Source of the DNA: Alphaproteobacteria bacterium
Lineage (GTDB): Bacteria; Pseudomonadota; Alphaproteobacteria; CALKHQ01
NCBI GenBank assembly: GCA_965227515.1
Contig: CBDDFZ010000002.1
Coordinates: forward strand, 320,001 to 384,000
Length of the DNA: 64,000 nucleotides
Direction of reading: 5' to 3'
Shown here: positions 27,761-36,236 of the stretch, piece by piece
Position numbering within the stretch: the stretch's first letter is position 1
Layout of the letters: the number at the start of each line of letters is the position of its first letter
Notes under the pieces: model-generated
Seen by the model: the letters and a program-made list of their open reading frames with translations, nothing else
Told to the model about the DNA's origin: nothing
Database searches by the model: none
Translations under genes and position numbers: made by a program

Positions 27761-28633
27761 GTGAAGCCGCCGCTGTTCGAATACATCCGCCCCGCCACGG
27801 TCGAGGAGGCGGTCGCCGCCCGCGCGGCCCACGAGGACTCGGTGGTGCTGGCCGGCGGGCAAAGCCTGATCCCGACCCTCAATTTCCGCATCGCCAACCC
27901 CGACGCCGTGATCGACATTGCGCGCATCCAGGGGCTGGACCGGATCGCGGTGGAGGGCGGCAGCATCCGCGTCGGCGCAATGGCGCGCCACCGCGACGTC
28001 GAGCTGTCGGACGAGGTGCACGCGGCCAACCCGCTGTTGCGCGATGTGCTGGGCAACGTCGCCCACATTGTCGTTCGCAATCGCGGCACGGTGGTCGGCA
28101 GCATCGCCCATGCCGACGCGGCGGCGGAAATGCCGTGCGTGTTGCTGGCGCTGGACGGCCATGTGGTGGCGCAGGGCCCGAATGGCCGGCGCGAGATCGC
28201 CGCCGCCGACTTCTTCCAGTTCCATATGACGACAGCGCTCGCCGCCGACGAGCTGCTGGTCGAGGCGGTGTTTCCGGCGCTGCCGGCGGGTGCCGGCTGG
28301 GCCTTCCGCGAATTCGCCCGCCGGCACGGCGACTATGCGCTGGCCGGCATCTGTGCCGTGCTGGAGTTGGACGGCGACACCTGCCGCACTGCGCGCCTCG
28401 CCGCTTGCGGCATCGCCTCGACGCCGGTGCGGCTCAGCGCGGTGGAGGACCGGTTGGCCGGCGCTCGGCTGGACAAGGGGTCAGTGGCTGCGGCTGCGGC
28501 GGAAGCGGGACAATACGTGACCGCGGAGGACGAGCCGCAGGCGACGGCGGCCTACCGCCGCCACCTCACGGCGGCCCTGGTACGCGCCACAGTCGCCGAG
28601 GCCGCCGGCCGTGCCGGCGTGGATGTGGGGTAG
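27761..28633 (+). CDS. Mo-hydroxylase (xanthine dehydrogenase family) FAD subunit
   Basis: MKPPLFEYIRP, LAGGQSLIPTLNFR, VRNRGTVVGSIAHADAAAEMP, EFARRHGDYALAG. Confidence 0.92.
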   Translation: MKPPLFEYIRPATVEEAVAARAAHEDSVVLAGGQSLIPTLNFRIANPDAVIDIARIQGLDRIAVEGGSIRVGAMARHRDVELSDEVHAANPLLRDVLGNVAHIVVRNRGTVVGSIAHADAAAEMPCVLLALDGHVVAQGPNGRREIAAADFFQFHMTTALAADELLVEAVFPALPAGAGWAFREFARRHGDYALAGICAVLELDGDTCRTARLAACGIASTPVRLSAVEDRLAGARLDKGSVAAAAAEAGQYVTAEDEPQATAAYRRHLTAALVRATVAEAAGRAGVDVG

Positions 28634-28662
28634 GGCTCGGCGTCGGATGCGCACTACACGCC

Positions 28663-28751
28663 GTCATCCTCGGGCTTGTCCCGAGGATCCACGAGATGGC
28701 CGCTCAAGCGGCCAAACAGACGTGGATGGCCGGGTCAAGCCCGGCCATGAC
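28663..28751. repeat. REP-like three-hairpin element, family A, copy 3
   Basis: GTCATCCTCGGGCTTGTCCCGAGGATCCACGAGATGGCCGCTCAAGCGGCCAAACAGACGTGGATGGCCGGGTCAAGCCCGGCCATGAC. Confidence 0.9.
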
Positions 28752-28785
28752 GAGGGAAGTGTTGTCGGAGCCACGAGGGGATAAC

Positions 28786-29322
28786 ATGGACGGCGCGATG
28801 CGGGGGGACATTGACACCGGGTCCGGCGACCCGACGGTGGAGATCACGCTGACGGTCAACGGGCGCGAGGTGACGCGGTCGGTCAGCCCGCGCGCACTGC
28901 TATCCGATTTCCTGCGCCACGGCCTGGGTCTGACAGGCACCCATGTCGGCTGCGAGCATGGGGTCTGCGGCTGCTGCACCGTGCTGCTCGACGGGCGCTC
29001 GGCCCGGTCATGCCTGACCTTCGCGGTGCAGGCCGACGGCGCCGAAATCCGCACCATCGAGAGCCTGGCGCCGGATGCCGAGAACCTGCACCCGGTGCAG
29101 CAGGCGTTCCACGAGAGCCACGCGCTGCAGTGCGGCTATTGCACGCCGGGCTTCGTGATGGCGGTGGTCAGCCATTTCGAGCAGACGCCGGACCCCGACC
29201 TCTCCGACGAGGGTATCCGCGAGGCGATCTCCGGCAATCTGTGCCGCTGCACCGGCTATCAGAACATCGTCACTGCCGTGCGCAGGGCGCACGAGCTGAT
29301 GACGGAAGGGAAGGAAGGCTGA
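28786..29322 (+). CDS. Mo-hydroxylase 2Fe-2S subunit
   Basis: [40 protein letters not shown]. Confidence 0.92.
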   Translation: MDGAMRGDIDTGSGDPTVEITLTVNGREVTRSVSPRALLSDFLRHGLGLTGTHVGCEHGVCGCCTVLLDGRSARSCLTFAVQADGAEIRTIESLAPDAENLHPVQQAFHESHALQCGYCTPGFVMAVVSHFEQTPDPDLSDEGIREAISGNLCRCTGYQNIVTAVRRAHELMTEGKEG

Positions 29323-31754
29323 TGTCGACCCGTACCTTCGGCGAGCGCGTTCAACGCAACATCGACCCCCGCCTGCTGACCGGCGGCGGCCGGTTCGTCG
29401 ACGATATCGAGCTGCCCGGCGCGCTGCACGCCGCCTTCGTGCGCAGCCCGTTCGCGCGTGCCCGGATCGGTGGCATCGATGCCGAGGCGGCCCGCAACCA
29501 CCCCGGCGTTGTCGCGGTCTATACGGCCGACGACCTGGGTCCGTACGACGTCGAGATGCCGCTGCTGATCCCGCATTCCTCGCTGATCGGCGCGCGCACC
29601 CAGCGCCCGCTCGCCCGCGACGACGTGTTCTATGTCGGCCAGACGGTGGCCATGGTGGTGGCGGTCGACCGCTATGTGGCCGAGGACGCGGCCCGCATGG
29701 TCGATGTCGACTACGACCCCATGGACGTCGAGCCCGATATCGAGGCGGCGGTGAAGGACGGCGCGCCGCTGGTCCACGGCGATGTCGCCAACAACGTCGC
29801 GGCTCATTTCGTGCAGACCGTGGGCGCGCCGGAAGCGGCGTTCGCGCGCGCCGAGCACGTGACGAGGATCAGGGTGAAGGTGGAGCGCTCGACGGCAGCC
29901 CCCATGGAACCCCGCGCCGTGGCCGCCCGCTTCGACAGCGTGACCGGCGAGTTGCTGGTCTATGACGGCACCCAGGCGCCGATCTCGGTGCGCGGCGGGC
30001 TTGCCTCCATATTCGGCCTCGACGAGGACAAGGTGCGGGTCGTCGCGCCGGATGTCGGCGGCGGTTTCGGCCAGAAGGTATTGCTGTTCTATCCCGACGA
30101 GATCCTGGTGCCGATGGCGGCGATGAAGCTCGGCCGGCCGGTGAAGTTCATCGAGGACCGGGTCGAGAACTTCATCGGCTCGACCCAGGAGCGCACCCAG
30201 ATCCACGAGATCGAGCTCCACGCCACCAAGGACGGCGAGGTGATCGGCCTGAAGGACTATTTCCTGCACGACACCGGCGCCTTCATCCCTTACGGCATCG
30301 CCATCGCGCAAGTGGCCTCCACCTCCATCGCCGGGCCCTACCGCATCCCCAACATCGAGGTGGAGTTCAAGGCGGTCTACACCCCGACCGTGCCGGTGAC
30401 GCCCTATCGCGGCTGCGGCCGGCCGCAGTCGTGCTTCACCATCGAGCGCGCGATGGACAAGCTGGCCGACGAACTGGGCATCGACCGGCTGGAGATCAGG
30501 CGCCGCAACTTCATTGGCAAGGACCAGTTCCCCTACAAGCGCGAGGGGCTGCTGTTCGCCGACGGGCTGAGCGTCACCTACGACAGTGGCGACTACCATC
30601 AGGCGTTGGACCTGCTGGACGAGGCCATCGGCATCGAGGCGTTTCGCGCCGAGCAGGCGGCCGCCCGCGCCGCCGGCAAGCTCATCGGGCTTGGCATGGC
30701 GTTCTATGTCGAGGGCACCGGGCTGGGCCCCTATGAAGGCGGGCACGTGCGCATCCACCCGATCACCGGCAAGGTCTATGTCAACACCGGCCTGACCAGC
30801 CAGGGCCAGGGCCACGACACCGTGTTCGCACAGATCGTGGCCGACCAGCTCGGCTGCCCGGTCACCGACGTGATCATGGTCGAGGGCGATACCGGCGCGT
30901 TCGACTGGGGCGTGGCCACCTTCGCCAGCCGCGCCGCCGTCGTCTCCGGCAACGCCATCCACAAGGCCGCCGGCAAGGCGCGCGAGAAGGTGATCGAGGC
31001 CGCCGCCAACATGCTGGAAGCGGCGAAGGACGACATCGTGCTGGAGGACGGCAAGGCCCATGTCGCGGGCGTGCCAGACATGGCGGTGACGCTGGCCGAG
31101 ATTGCGACCGCCTGCAACCCGCTGCGCTACGCCTTCAACAAGTCGGCCCAGAGCGCGACCCAGTTCGCGCCAGCCAGCAAGCACGACGGCCCGCCGCTGG
31201 CCGAGGGCATGTCGCCGGGCGTCGAGGTCACCGACTATTATTCCCCGCCGCACGCGGTGTGGGCCTATGGCGTGCATGCCGCGATCGTGGAGATCGACCC
31301 GGTGACCTGCGCTGTCGACATCAAGCGCTACATCTGCGTCCACGACTGCGGCAACATGATCAACCCGACCATCGTGGAGGGGCAGATCACCGGCGGCGTG
31401 GCCCAGGGCATCGGCGGCGCGCTCTACGAGCGTATTGAGTACGACGAGACCGCGACGCCCCGGAACGCCAATTTCATGGACTTCCTGGTGCCCTACGCCA
31501 CCGAGGTGCCGACCATCGACATGGTCCACCAGGAGGTGCCGTCGCCGATGAACCCGCTGGGGGTGAAGGGCGTGGGCGAGGCCGGCACCATCGCGGTGGG
31601 TGCCACCATCGCCTCGGCGGTGGAGGATGCGCTGACGCACCTGGGCGCCGGGTCGTTCCACCATGTGCCGATCACGCCGAGCGATATCCACGCCGCCCTC
31701 GACAAGGCAGGCGTCGATCCGGCCAACCCGGCGCCGCCCGCCGCCGCGGAATAG
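29322..31754 (+). CDS. Mo-hydroxylase molybdopterin-binding large subunit (CoxL-like, not form I; substrate unknown)
   Basis: GGGFGQK, active-site loop TPYRGCGRP, SQGQGHDT, EGQITGGVAQGIG, catalytic KGVGEAG. Confidence 0.92.
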   Translation: MSTRTFGERVQRNIDPRLLTGGGRFVDDIELPGALHAAFVRSPFARARIGGIDAEAARNHPGVVAVYTADDLGPYDVEMPLLIPHSSLIGARTQRPLARDDVFYVGQTVAMVVAVDRYVAEDAARMVDVDYDPMDVEPDIEAAVKDGAPLVHGDVANNVAAHFVQTVGAPEAAFARAEHVTRIRVKVERSTAAPMEPRAVAARFDSVTGELLVYDGTQAPISVRGGLASIFGLDEDKVRVVAPDVGGGFGQKVLLFYPDEILVPMAAMKLGRPVKFIEDRVENFIGSTQERTQIHEIELHATKDGEVIGLKDYFLHDTGAFIPYGIAIAQVASTSIAGPYRIPNIEVEFKAVYTPTVPVTPYRGCGRPQSCFTIERAMDKLADELGIDRLEIRRRNFIGKDQFPYKREGLLFADGLSVTYDSGDYHQALDLLDEAIGIEAFRAEQAAARAAGKLIGLGMAFYVEGTGLGPYEGGHVRIHPITGKVYVNTGLTSQGQGHDTVFAQIVADQLGCPVTDVIMVEGDTGAFDWGVATFASRAAVVSGNAIHKAAGKAREKVIEAAANMLEAAKDDIVLEDGKAHVAGVPDMAVTLAEIATACNPLRYAFNKSAQSATQFAPASKHDGPPLAEGMSPGVEVTDYYSPPHAVWAYGVHAAIVEIDPVTCAVDIKRYICVHDCGNMINPTIVEGQITGGVAQGIGGALYERIEYDETATPRNANFMDFLVPYATEVPTIDMVHQEVPSPMNPLGVKGVGEAGTIAVGATIASAVEDALTHLGAGSFHHVPITPSDIHAALDKAGVDPANPAPPAAAE

Positions 31755-31765
31755 ATGCTACGGTG

Positions 31766-31855
31766 TATTAAGGTGACAGTTTACTTAATTCGCTGGTTAT
31801 TCGAGGTTTCGCTGCGACGAACTCGATGCGAATTAAGTAAACTGTCACCTTAATA
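31766..31855. mobile_element. 90-bp AT-rich MITE/REP-like element with perfect 28-bp terminal inverted repeats (family C)
   Basis: TATTAAGGTGACAGTTTACTTAATTCGC (31766-31793) is the exact reverse complement of 31828-31855. The mobile-element label is inference. Confidence 0.6.
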
Positions 31856-31880
31856 TGGTCTTCGCGGTGTAGCTGCCACC

Positions 31881-32327
31881 ATGTGGCTGCTCCTCCTCGG
31901 CCTCGCCTCCGCCGTCGTTGGCGCGGCGCTGGCCGCGCAACCGACCATCAATGCCGAGCTCAACCGCTATGTCGGCAGTCCGCTGTGGGCCGGCCTCGTC
32001 TCCATCACCATCTCCTGGGTGCTGATCGGCGGCCTGGGCCTGACCGGCATCTGGGGCAAGCCGCAGTTCAGCCGCGTGCTGGAGGCGCCGCCGTGGGTGA
32101 TCCTGGGCGGGGTGATCGGTGCCTTTTTCGTGGTCAGCTCGATGTGGCTGGCGCCACGCATCGGGGCGGCGGCGTTCTTCTCGTGGTTCATCGCCGGCCA
32201 GGTGACGTTCGCGCTGGTGCTGGACCATTTCGGCCTGATGGGCCTGCCGGAAAATGCCATCACCTGGCCCAGGCTCGCCGGTGCCGTCATGGTCATCGGT
32301 GGTGCGTTGTTAGTAAAATATGGTTAG
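31881..32327 (+). CDS. DMT/YdcZ family small membrane transporter
   Basis: AQPTINAEL, APPWVILGGVIGA, APRIGAA, IAGQ..ALVLDHFGLMG, RLAGAVMVIGG. Confidence 0.88.
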   Translation: MWLLLLGLASAVVGAALAAQPTINAELNRYVGSPLWAGLVSITISWVLIGGLGLTGIWGKPQFSRVLEAPPWVILGGVIGAFFVVSSMWLAPRIGAAAFFSWFIAGQVTFALVLDHFGLMGLPENAITWPRLAGAVMVIGGALLVKYG

Positions 32328-32631
32328 GGCGTAGTCATACCGGTCGAAGGCCGGTCCTCTGCTTCCGGCCACGTGGTCGTGCCAGTATCTGTGCGGGGCT
32401 GGCCGACAACACAAGGTTTTCTGCGGGCTTGGAGCTTTCTGCTCCTCTTCGGGGCGCTGATCGGGCGCCATGCATTACGGCTGGCGGCTCGTTCCTTGCA
32501 TGACTGCATTTTAACGTCCGCGATCAAAGAAATTAACGATTTGCAGGTGATGGCTGTTTAACCTAGACAAGCAAGACAACGGCGAGTCGCCGTGGTCGCG
32601 GGAGCAGTTTGCAGATAGCAGAGGGTGTGGG

Positions 32632-33240
32632 ATGCTGGGCCTATCGAACGCGCGGGGAGCTTTGATTGCAGCCATCGGGATGGCGGGATTGTTGTCGGCA
32701 TGCGGCAGCAGCCAACCCGAAGGCCCGATTGGCACGAACAGTTCGGTTCTTGCCAGTTCCACGACGTCCGGATCGCTCGTCAGCTCCATGACGCCGATGT
32801 CGACGCCCGCCATGTCCGGGGCCGCCGGTTTCGACTTGGCTTCTGTGGGCAGCGTCGCGCTGGCCGAAGCGGTGCAGTTGGCCGATGAGCCGACCGGCCG
32901 CTACTACGTCCACGACATTCCCGGCCGCCAGCTCGGCAGCACTGAGATCGTGCAGGCCGCCGCCGGCAATTCAATGATCGGCCCGCGCCTCAGCGTCTTC
33001 TTCCACCCGAACGGCCAGGCTGAGATGCAGATCTTCAGCGAGACCTATGACGGCTCGTGGCGGGTGAATGGCGACGACATGATGTGCCAGCGCTTCCCGG
33101 ACTTCCGCCCCTGGAGCTCTGCCGAGGTCTGCTACGAGTGGTACCTGGACGGCAACCGCCTGAGCACGTTCGAGCCGATGACCGGCGCGGGTGCTACCAA
33201 GGGCGAGAACCTGCTGGTCGCCGGCAACGTCATTCGCTAG
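32632..33240 (+). CDS. Hypothetical lipoprotein
   Basis: Signal peptide with lipobox LSAC, Ser/Thr-rich linker, C-terminal beta domain GSWRVNGDDMMC..CYEWY. Confidence 0.75.
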   Translation: MLGLSNARGALIAAIGMAGLLSACGSSQPEGPIGTNSSVLASSTTSGSLVSSMTPMSTPAMSGAAGFDLASVGSVALAEAVQLADEPTGRYYVHDIPGRQLGSTEIVQAAAGNSMIGPRLSVFFHPNGQAEMQIFSETYDGSWRVNGDDMMCQRFPDFRPWSSAEVCYEWYLDGNRLSTFEPMTGAGATKGENLLVAGNVIR

Positions 33241-33290
33241 CTGGTGATGCGCGGTAACCGCCGCGCGAGCCAATCCCAAAATCGAGAGCG

Positions 33291-34223
33291 CTACTCCCGG
33301 TCCGCCAGGGCCGGGACGTTGCATTCGCGCGCCGCGCGGTCGAATGCCTCCGTGAAACCATCCAATGGCCAGACGAGCGTCACGGCGTCTTCCGCGCCGG
33401 GCAGCGTGAGCGCGATCTGCAACTCCATGGTCGCCGCCAGGGTTGCGGCCAGTGGCGCATAGAGCGGCATGAACGCCTCGCCACGGCGCACGGCCAATGG
33501 CAGCAGCGTGGCGGTGCCGTCGAACAACAACCGTGCTTGCGCCTCGTCGTCCAGCGGTGTGTCCGGCCGGTAGCGCAACGCCTCGTCGTTCACCTGCAGC
33601 CATAGGCCTTGGTCCGGGTCGCTGCCGGCCGCGCGCCCGTAGACCGAACACCGCCAGCTCCCGTCGTTGCGCGGCAGGGCGATGGCCAGCCACTGGCCGT
33701 CGGCGCCATAGGTCCCGAGGTCGAGCCGCGATGGGCGATAGCTGTCGGTGCCCGGGCAACCGCCGTCGCTGACCGCGGGAAAGAAGAAGCTGCGGTCGAA
33801 GCTGCCCCGGTCGCGCGTCTCCATGCCGTTGCGCACGCTCGGCACATAGGTCTCACAGCCCGGCGCGACCTGCACCTGGACCTCGGCACCGACGTCCGGA
33901 TCGGCGATCAGGCCGACGTGCTGCGCCGCCATGCAGATGTTGCTGTCGTAGCTGTAGGTCCAGGTTCCCCAGGCCGCGCCCATGGTCTGGAGCAGGGTGC
34001 CGGGGTAGCGCTCGACCACCTCGCCGTCGATCTCGTCCAGCGCTTCGGTCAGCGCGCCCAGGAAACCGCCCTGCGGCGGCCCGCAGGTGCAGGTCAGCGT
34101 CGCGTCCTCGCGCGGCGGCTCGCCATAAGCCTGCATCGTCTGCTCGCACGGTGCCGCGTATGCGGTACCGGCGGCCAGCACTGTCGCGATGGCGATAGCC
34201 GCGCCCCAGCCACGTTGCTTCAT
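33291..34223 (-). CDS. Secreted LCCL-domain protein with IalB-like C-terminal domain
   Basis: Signal peptide MKQRGWG..AYA; LCCL pattern CTC..WGTWTYSYDSNICMAAQHVGLI..TYVPSVRNGM..SF; C-terminus WPLDGFTEAFDRAAREC. Confidence 0.75.
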   Translation of the reverse strand: MKQRGWGAAIAIATVLAAGTAYAAPCEQTMQAYGEPPREDATLTCTCGPPQGGFLGALTEALDEIDGEVVERYPGTLLQTMGAAWGTWTYSYDSNICMAAQHVGLIADPDVGAEVQVQVAPGCETYVPSVRNGMETRDRGSFDRSFFFPAVSDGGCPGTDSYRPSRLDLGTYGADGQWLAIALPRNDGSWRCSVYGRAAGSDPDQGLWLQVNDEALRYRPDTPLDDEAQARLLFDGTATLLPLAVRRGEAFMPLYAPLAATLAATMELQIALTLPGAEDAVTLVWPLDGFTEAFDRAARECNVPALADRE

Positions 34224-34398
34224 GTCGGCGCCCCCATTTGATGAGCCCATGATAGGCGAATCCGCGCGCTGGAGACACTTCGGATTTGTCGCGAGCTTGG
34301 CGCGAACTCGAACCGATGTTGCTTGCCAACACATTGAAACAAGACGACTATTTCATGCCAAGTCGCTGCAAGTGCGCGACCGAACCATCAGGCGAGCA

Positions 34399-36063
34399 AT
34401 GACCGTCACAGCTTCAACAGTGCCCAGCGGGGAACCGGATGCATGGCTGGGGCAGGCTTTGGCTTGCTTGAACATCGGCGTCGGCACGCTCGGCCGCGAC
34501 GGTTGCCTGATGAGCTGGGCGGGTCCGTTGTTCGAGCTGATGACCACACCGCCGCCCCACCGCCGCGCAGGCACCGCGATGCCGCAACTTTGCGCCGGCC
34601 TGACCGCGGAAACCGTGCAACCGCAACTCACCGACAAGAGCCGGGCCCCGGCACGTTTCCGCGCGCACAACCGCACCGGCCAGGTGATCGGCATCGAGCT
34701 GCGCCACATCGATCAGAACGCCAGCGTGATGCGGGTGCAGGGGCTGAGCCCGAACCAGCCCGATCCCGAGTTCGACCCGACCGCGGCGATGCTGCGCAAC
34801 GCCACCACCATGCTGCCGTCGCGGGCATTGCTGGTCGACCGGCTGCATGTCGCCATCGAGCGCGCCAAGCGCGTGGTGACCGACCGCATCGCGCTGATGA
34901 TCCTGTCGGTCGCCGACACCGAGGCCGCGTCGGGCGAGGCGGAGGCCGTGCGTGTGGCGCCGCTGCTCGCCGACGCCCTGCGGGTCGGCGACACACTCGC
35001 TCATATCGATGTCGATACGTTCGCCGTGCTGCTGGACCCGATCCGCGGCGATGCGACGACCGCCCAGGTTGTGGTCGCCTCGACCATGAAGCGGCTGAAC
35101 GACGTGTTGACGGCGGCCGGCGTCGATCCGGGCGCCATCGCCATGGGGCGTGCCATTGGCGATGGCATGACACAGGCTGCGGAAATGCTTGTGGCCGCCG
35201 AGCCGCAACGCAATCCGGACATCGGCGGCATGGTGACCAATGGCCTGCCGAACACCCAGCCGGGTGCGCCGGCAGGCATGGCCGAGCCCGCGAACGTGCC
35301 GGACCCGGCGTCGGTCGTGACGCCGATCAATGGCGCGGGCGCGATCCGCCGCAGCACCGCTGACGCGCCCGACGTTGCGGCGGCGCGGCTGGCGGTTCGG
35401 CCGCATCGTTCGATGAACCAGGACCAGGTCGTCTGCTGCGACATCGCCGTGGTGGTCGACGGTGTGCGCGGAACGGGGACCCCCGACGCCGAGAGTACCG
35501 CCGAGTGGATCGTTTCGCCGACCCACGCGCGCGCCTTCAGCGATTTGCTGGCACGTGGCGCCGCCAGCCTGCCGATCGAAACCGCGCACCTGGACTCCGT
35601 GACGCTGGAGCTGGCGCAACTGCCGCCGCTGACGGAGCTCGACCGATGGGTCCGCGCCTTGCGCGGCAGCCTGTCGCGGGTGGGCCTGGCGATCGACATC
35701 GCGGAGACGGCCATGGTGCGCGACCCGGACGGCGCCGTGTTCGCGGCCGATGCGCTGCGCGCGCGTGCCATCGACGTCGGCATTGTCGGCTTCGGGCGCG
35801 GCGTGTGCACAGATGCCCTGGTCGAGCGTTTGCAGCCGCAACGTCTGCGCCTGGCGCCAAGCCTGATGGCCGAGGCGTGCGAGCCTGGCGCCAGCGGGCG
35901 CGTCCACTTGGCGTCCGCCGTCGGCTGGGCGCATACCCGCGGTCTGATGGCCGTGATGGGCCCGATCACCAGCGCGCACGAGCTTGCGGTGGCGCGGGAC
36001 TTCGGCTGCGACCGGGTGTTCGGTCCCCATATCGGCGACTGGCAGATCGTCCCCACCGGTTAG
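34399..36063 (+). CDS. Degenerate PAS-GGDEF-EAL protein
   Basis: [13 protein letters not shown] (usually TGLPNR), [19 protein letters not shown] (usually ARLGGDEFAVLL), IDIAETAM (usually LEITE), IVGFGRG (usually LDDFGTG), GCDRVFG (usually GCDxxQG). Confidence 0.78.
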   Translation: MTVTASTVPSGEPDAWLGQALACLNIGVGTLGRDGCLMSWAGPLFELMTTPPPHRRAGTAMPQLCAGLTAETVQPQLTDKSRAPARFRAHNRTGQVIGIELRHIDQNASVMRVQGLSPNQPDPEFDPTAAMLRNATTMLPSRALLVDRLHVAIERAKRVVTDRIALMILSVADTEAASGEAEAVRVAPLLADALRVGDTLAHIDVDTFAVLLDPIRGDATTAQVVVASTMKRLNDVLTAAGVDPGAIAMGRAIGDGMTQAAEMLVAAEPQRNPDIGGMVTNGLPNTQPGAPAGMAEPANVPDPASVVTPINGAGAIRRSTADAPDVAAARLAVRPHRSMNQDQVVCCDIAVVVDGVRGTGTPDAESTAEWIVSPTHARAFSDLLARGAASLPIETAHLDSVTLELAQLPPLTELDRWVRALRGSLSRVGLAIDIAETAMVRDPDGAVFAADALRARAIDVGIVGFGRGVCTDALVERLQPQRLRLAPSLMAEACEPGASGRVHLASAVGWAHTRGLMAVMGPITSAHELAVARDFGCDRVFGPHIGDWQIVPTG

Positions 36064-36125
36064 ATCGGCCATGTGGGAGCCGGCATGGCCGGCGTCCCTA
36101 CCGAGATCACAATTCGGTCCCGCCG

Positions 36126-36176
36126 CGCCGAATTCGGGGGTGCGCCGATTTGGGGGGTGCGCCGATTTGGGGGGTG
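36126..36176. repeat. Three tandem 17-bp G-tract repeats upstream of serC
   Basis: CGCCGAATTCGGGGGTG / CGCCGATTTGGGGGGTG / CGCCGATTTGGGGGGTG. Confidence 0.9.
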
Positions 36177-36236
36177 CGATTGGCCGCGATAGGGCGTACA
36201 ACGCCCGCGCCCATCTACCAACCGGACATTCTCGTT

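Noticed and set aside
29322-31754. Second large subunit as a true CO dehydrogenase
   Set aside because: It lacks AYXCSFR, has no coxDEF, and is coupled to hydantoinase genes.
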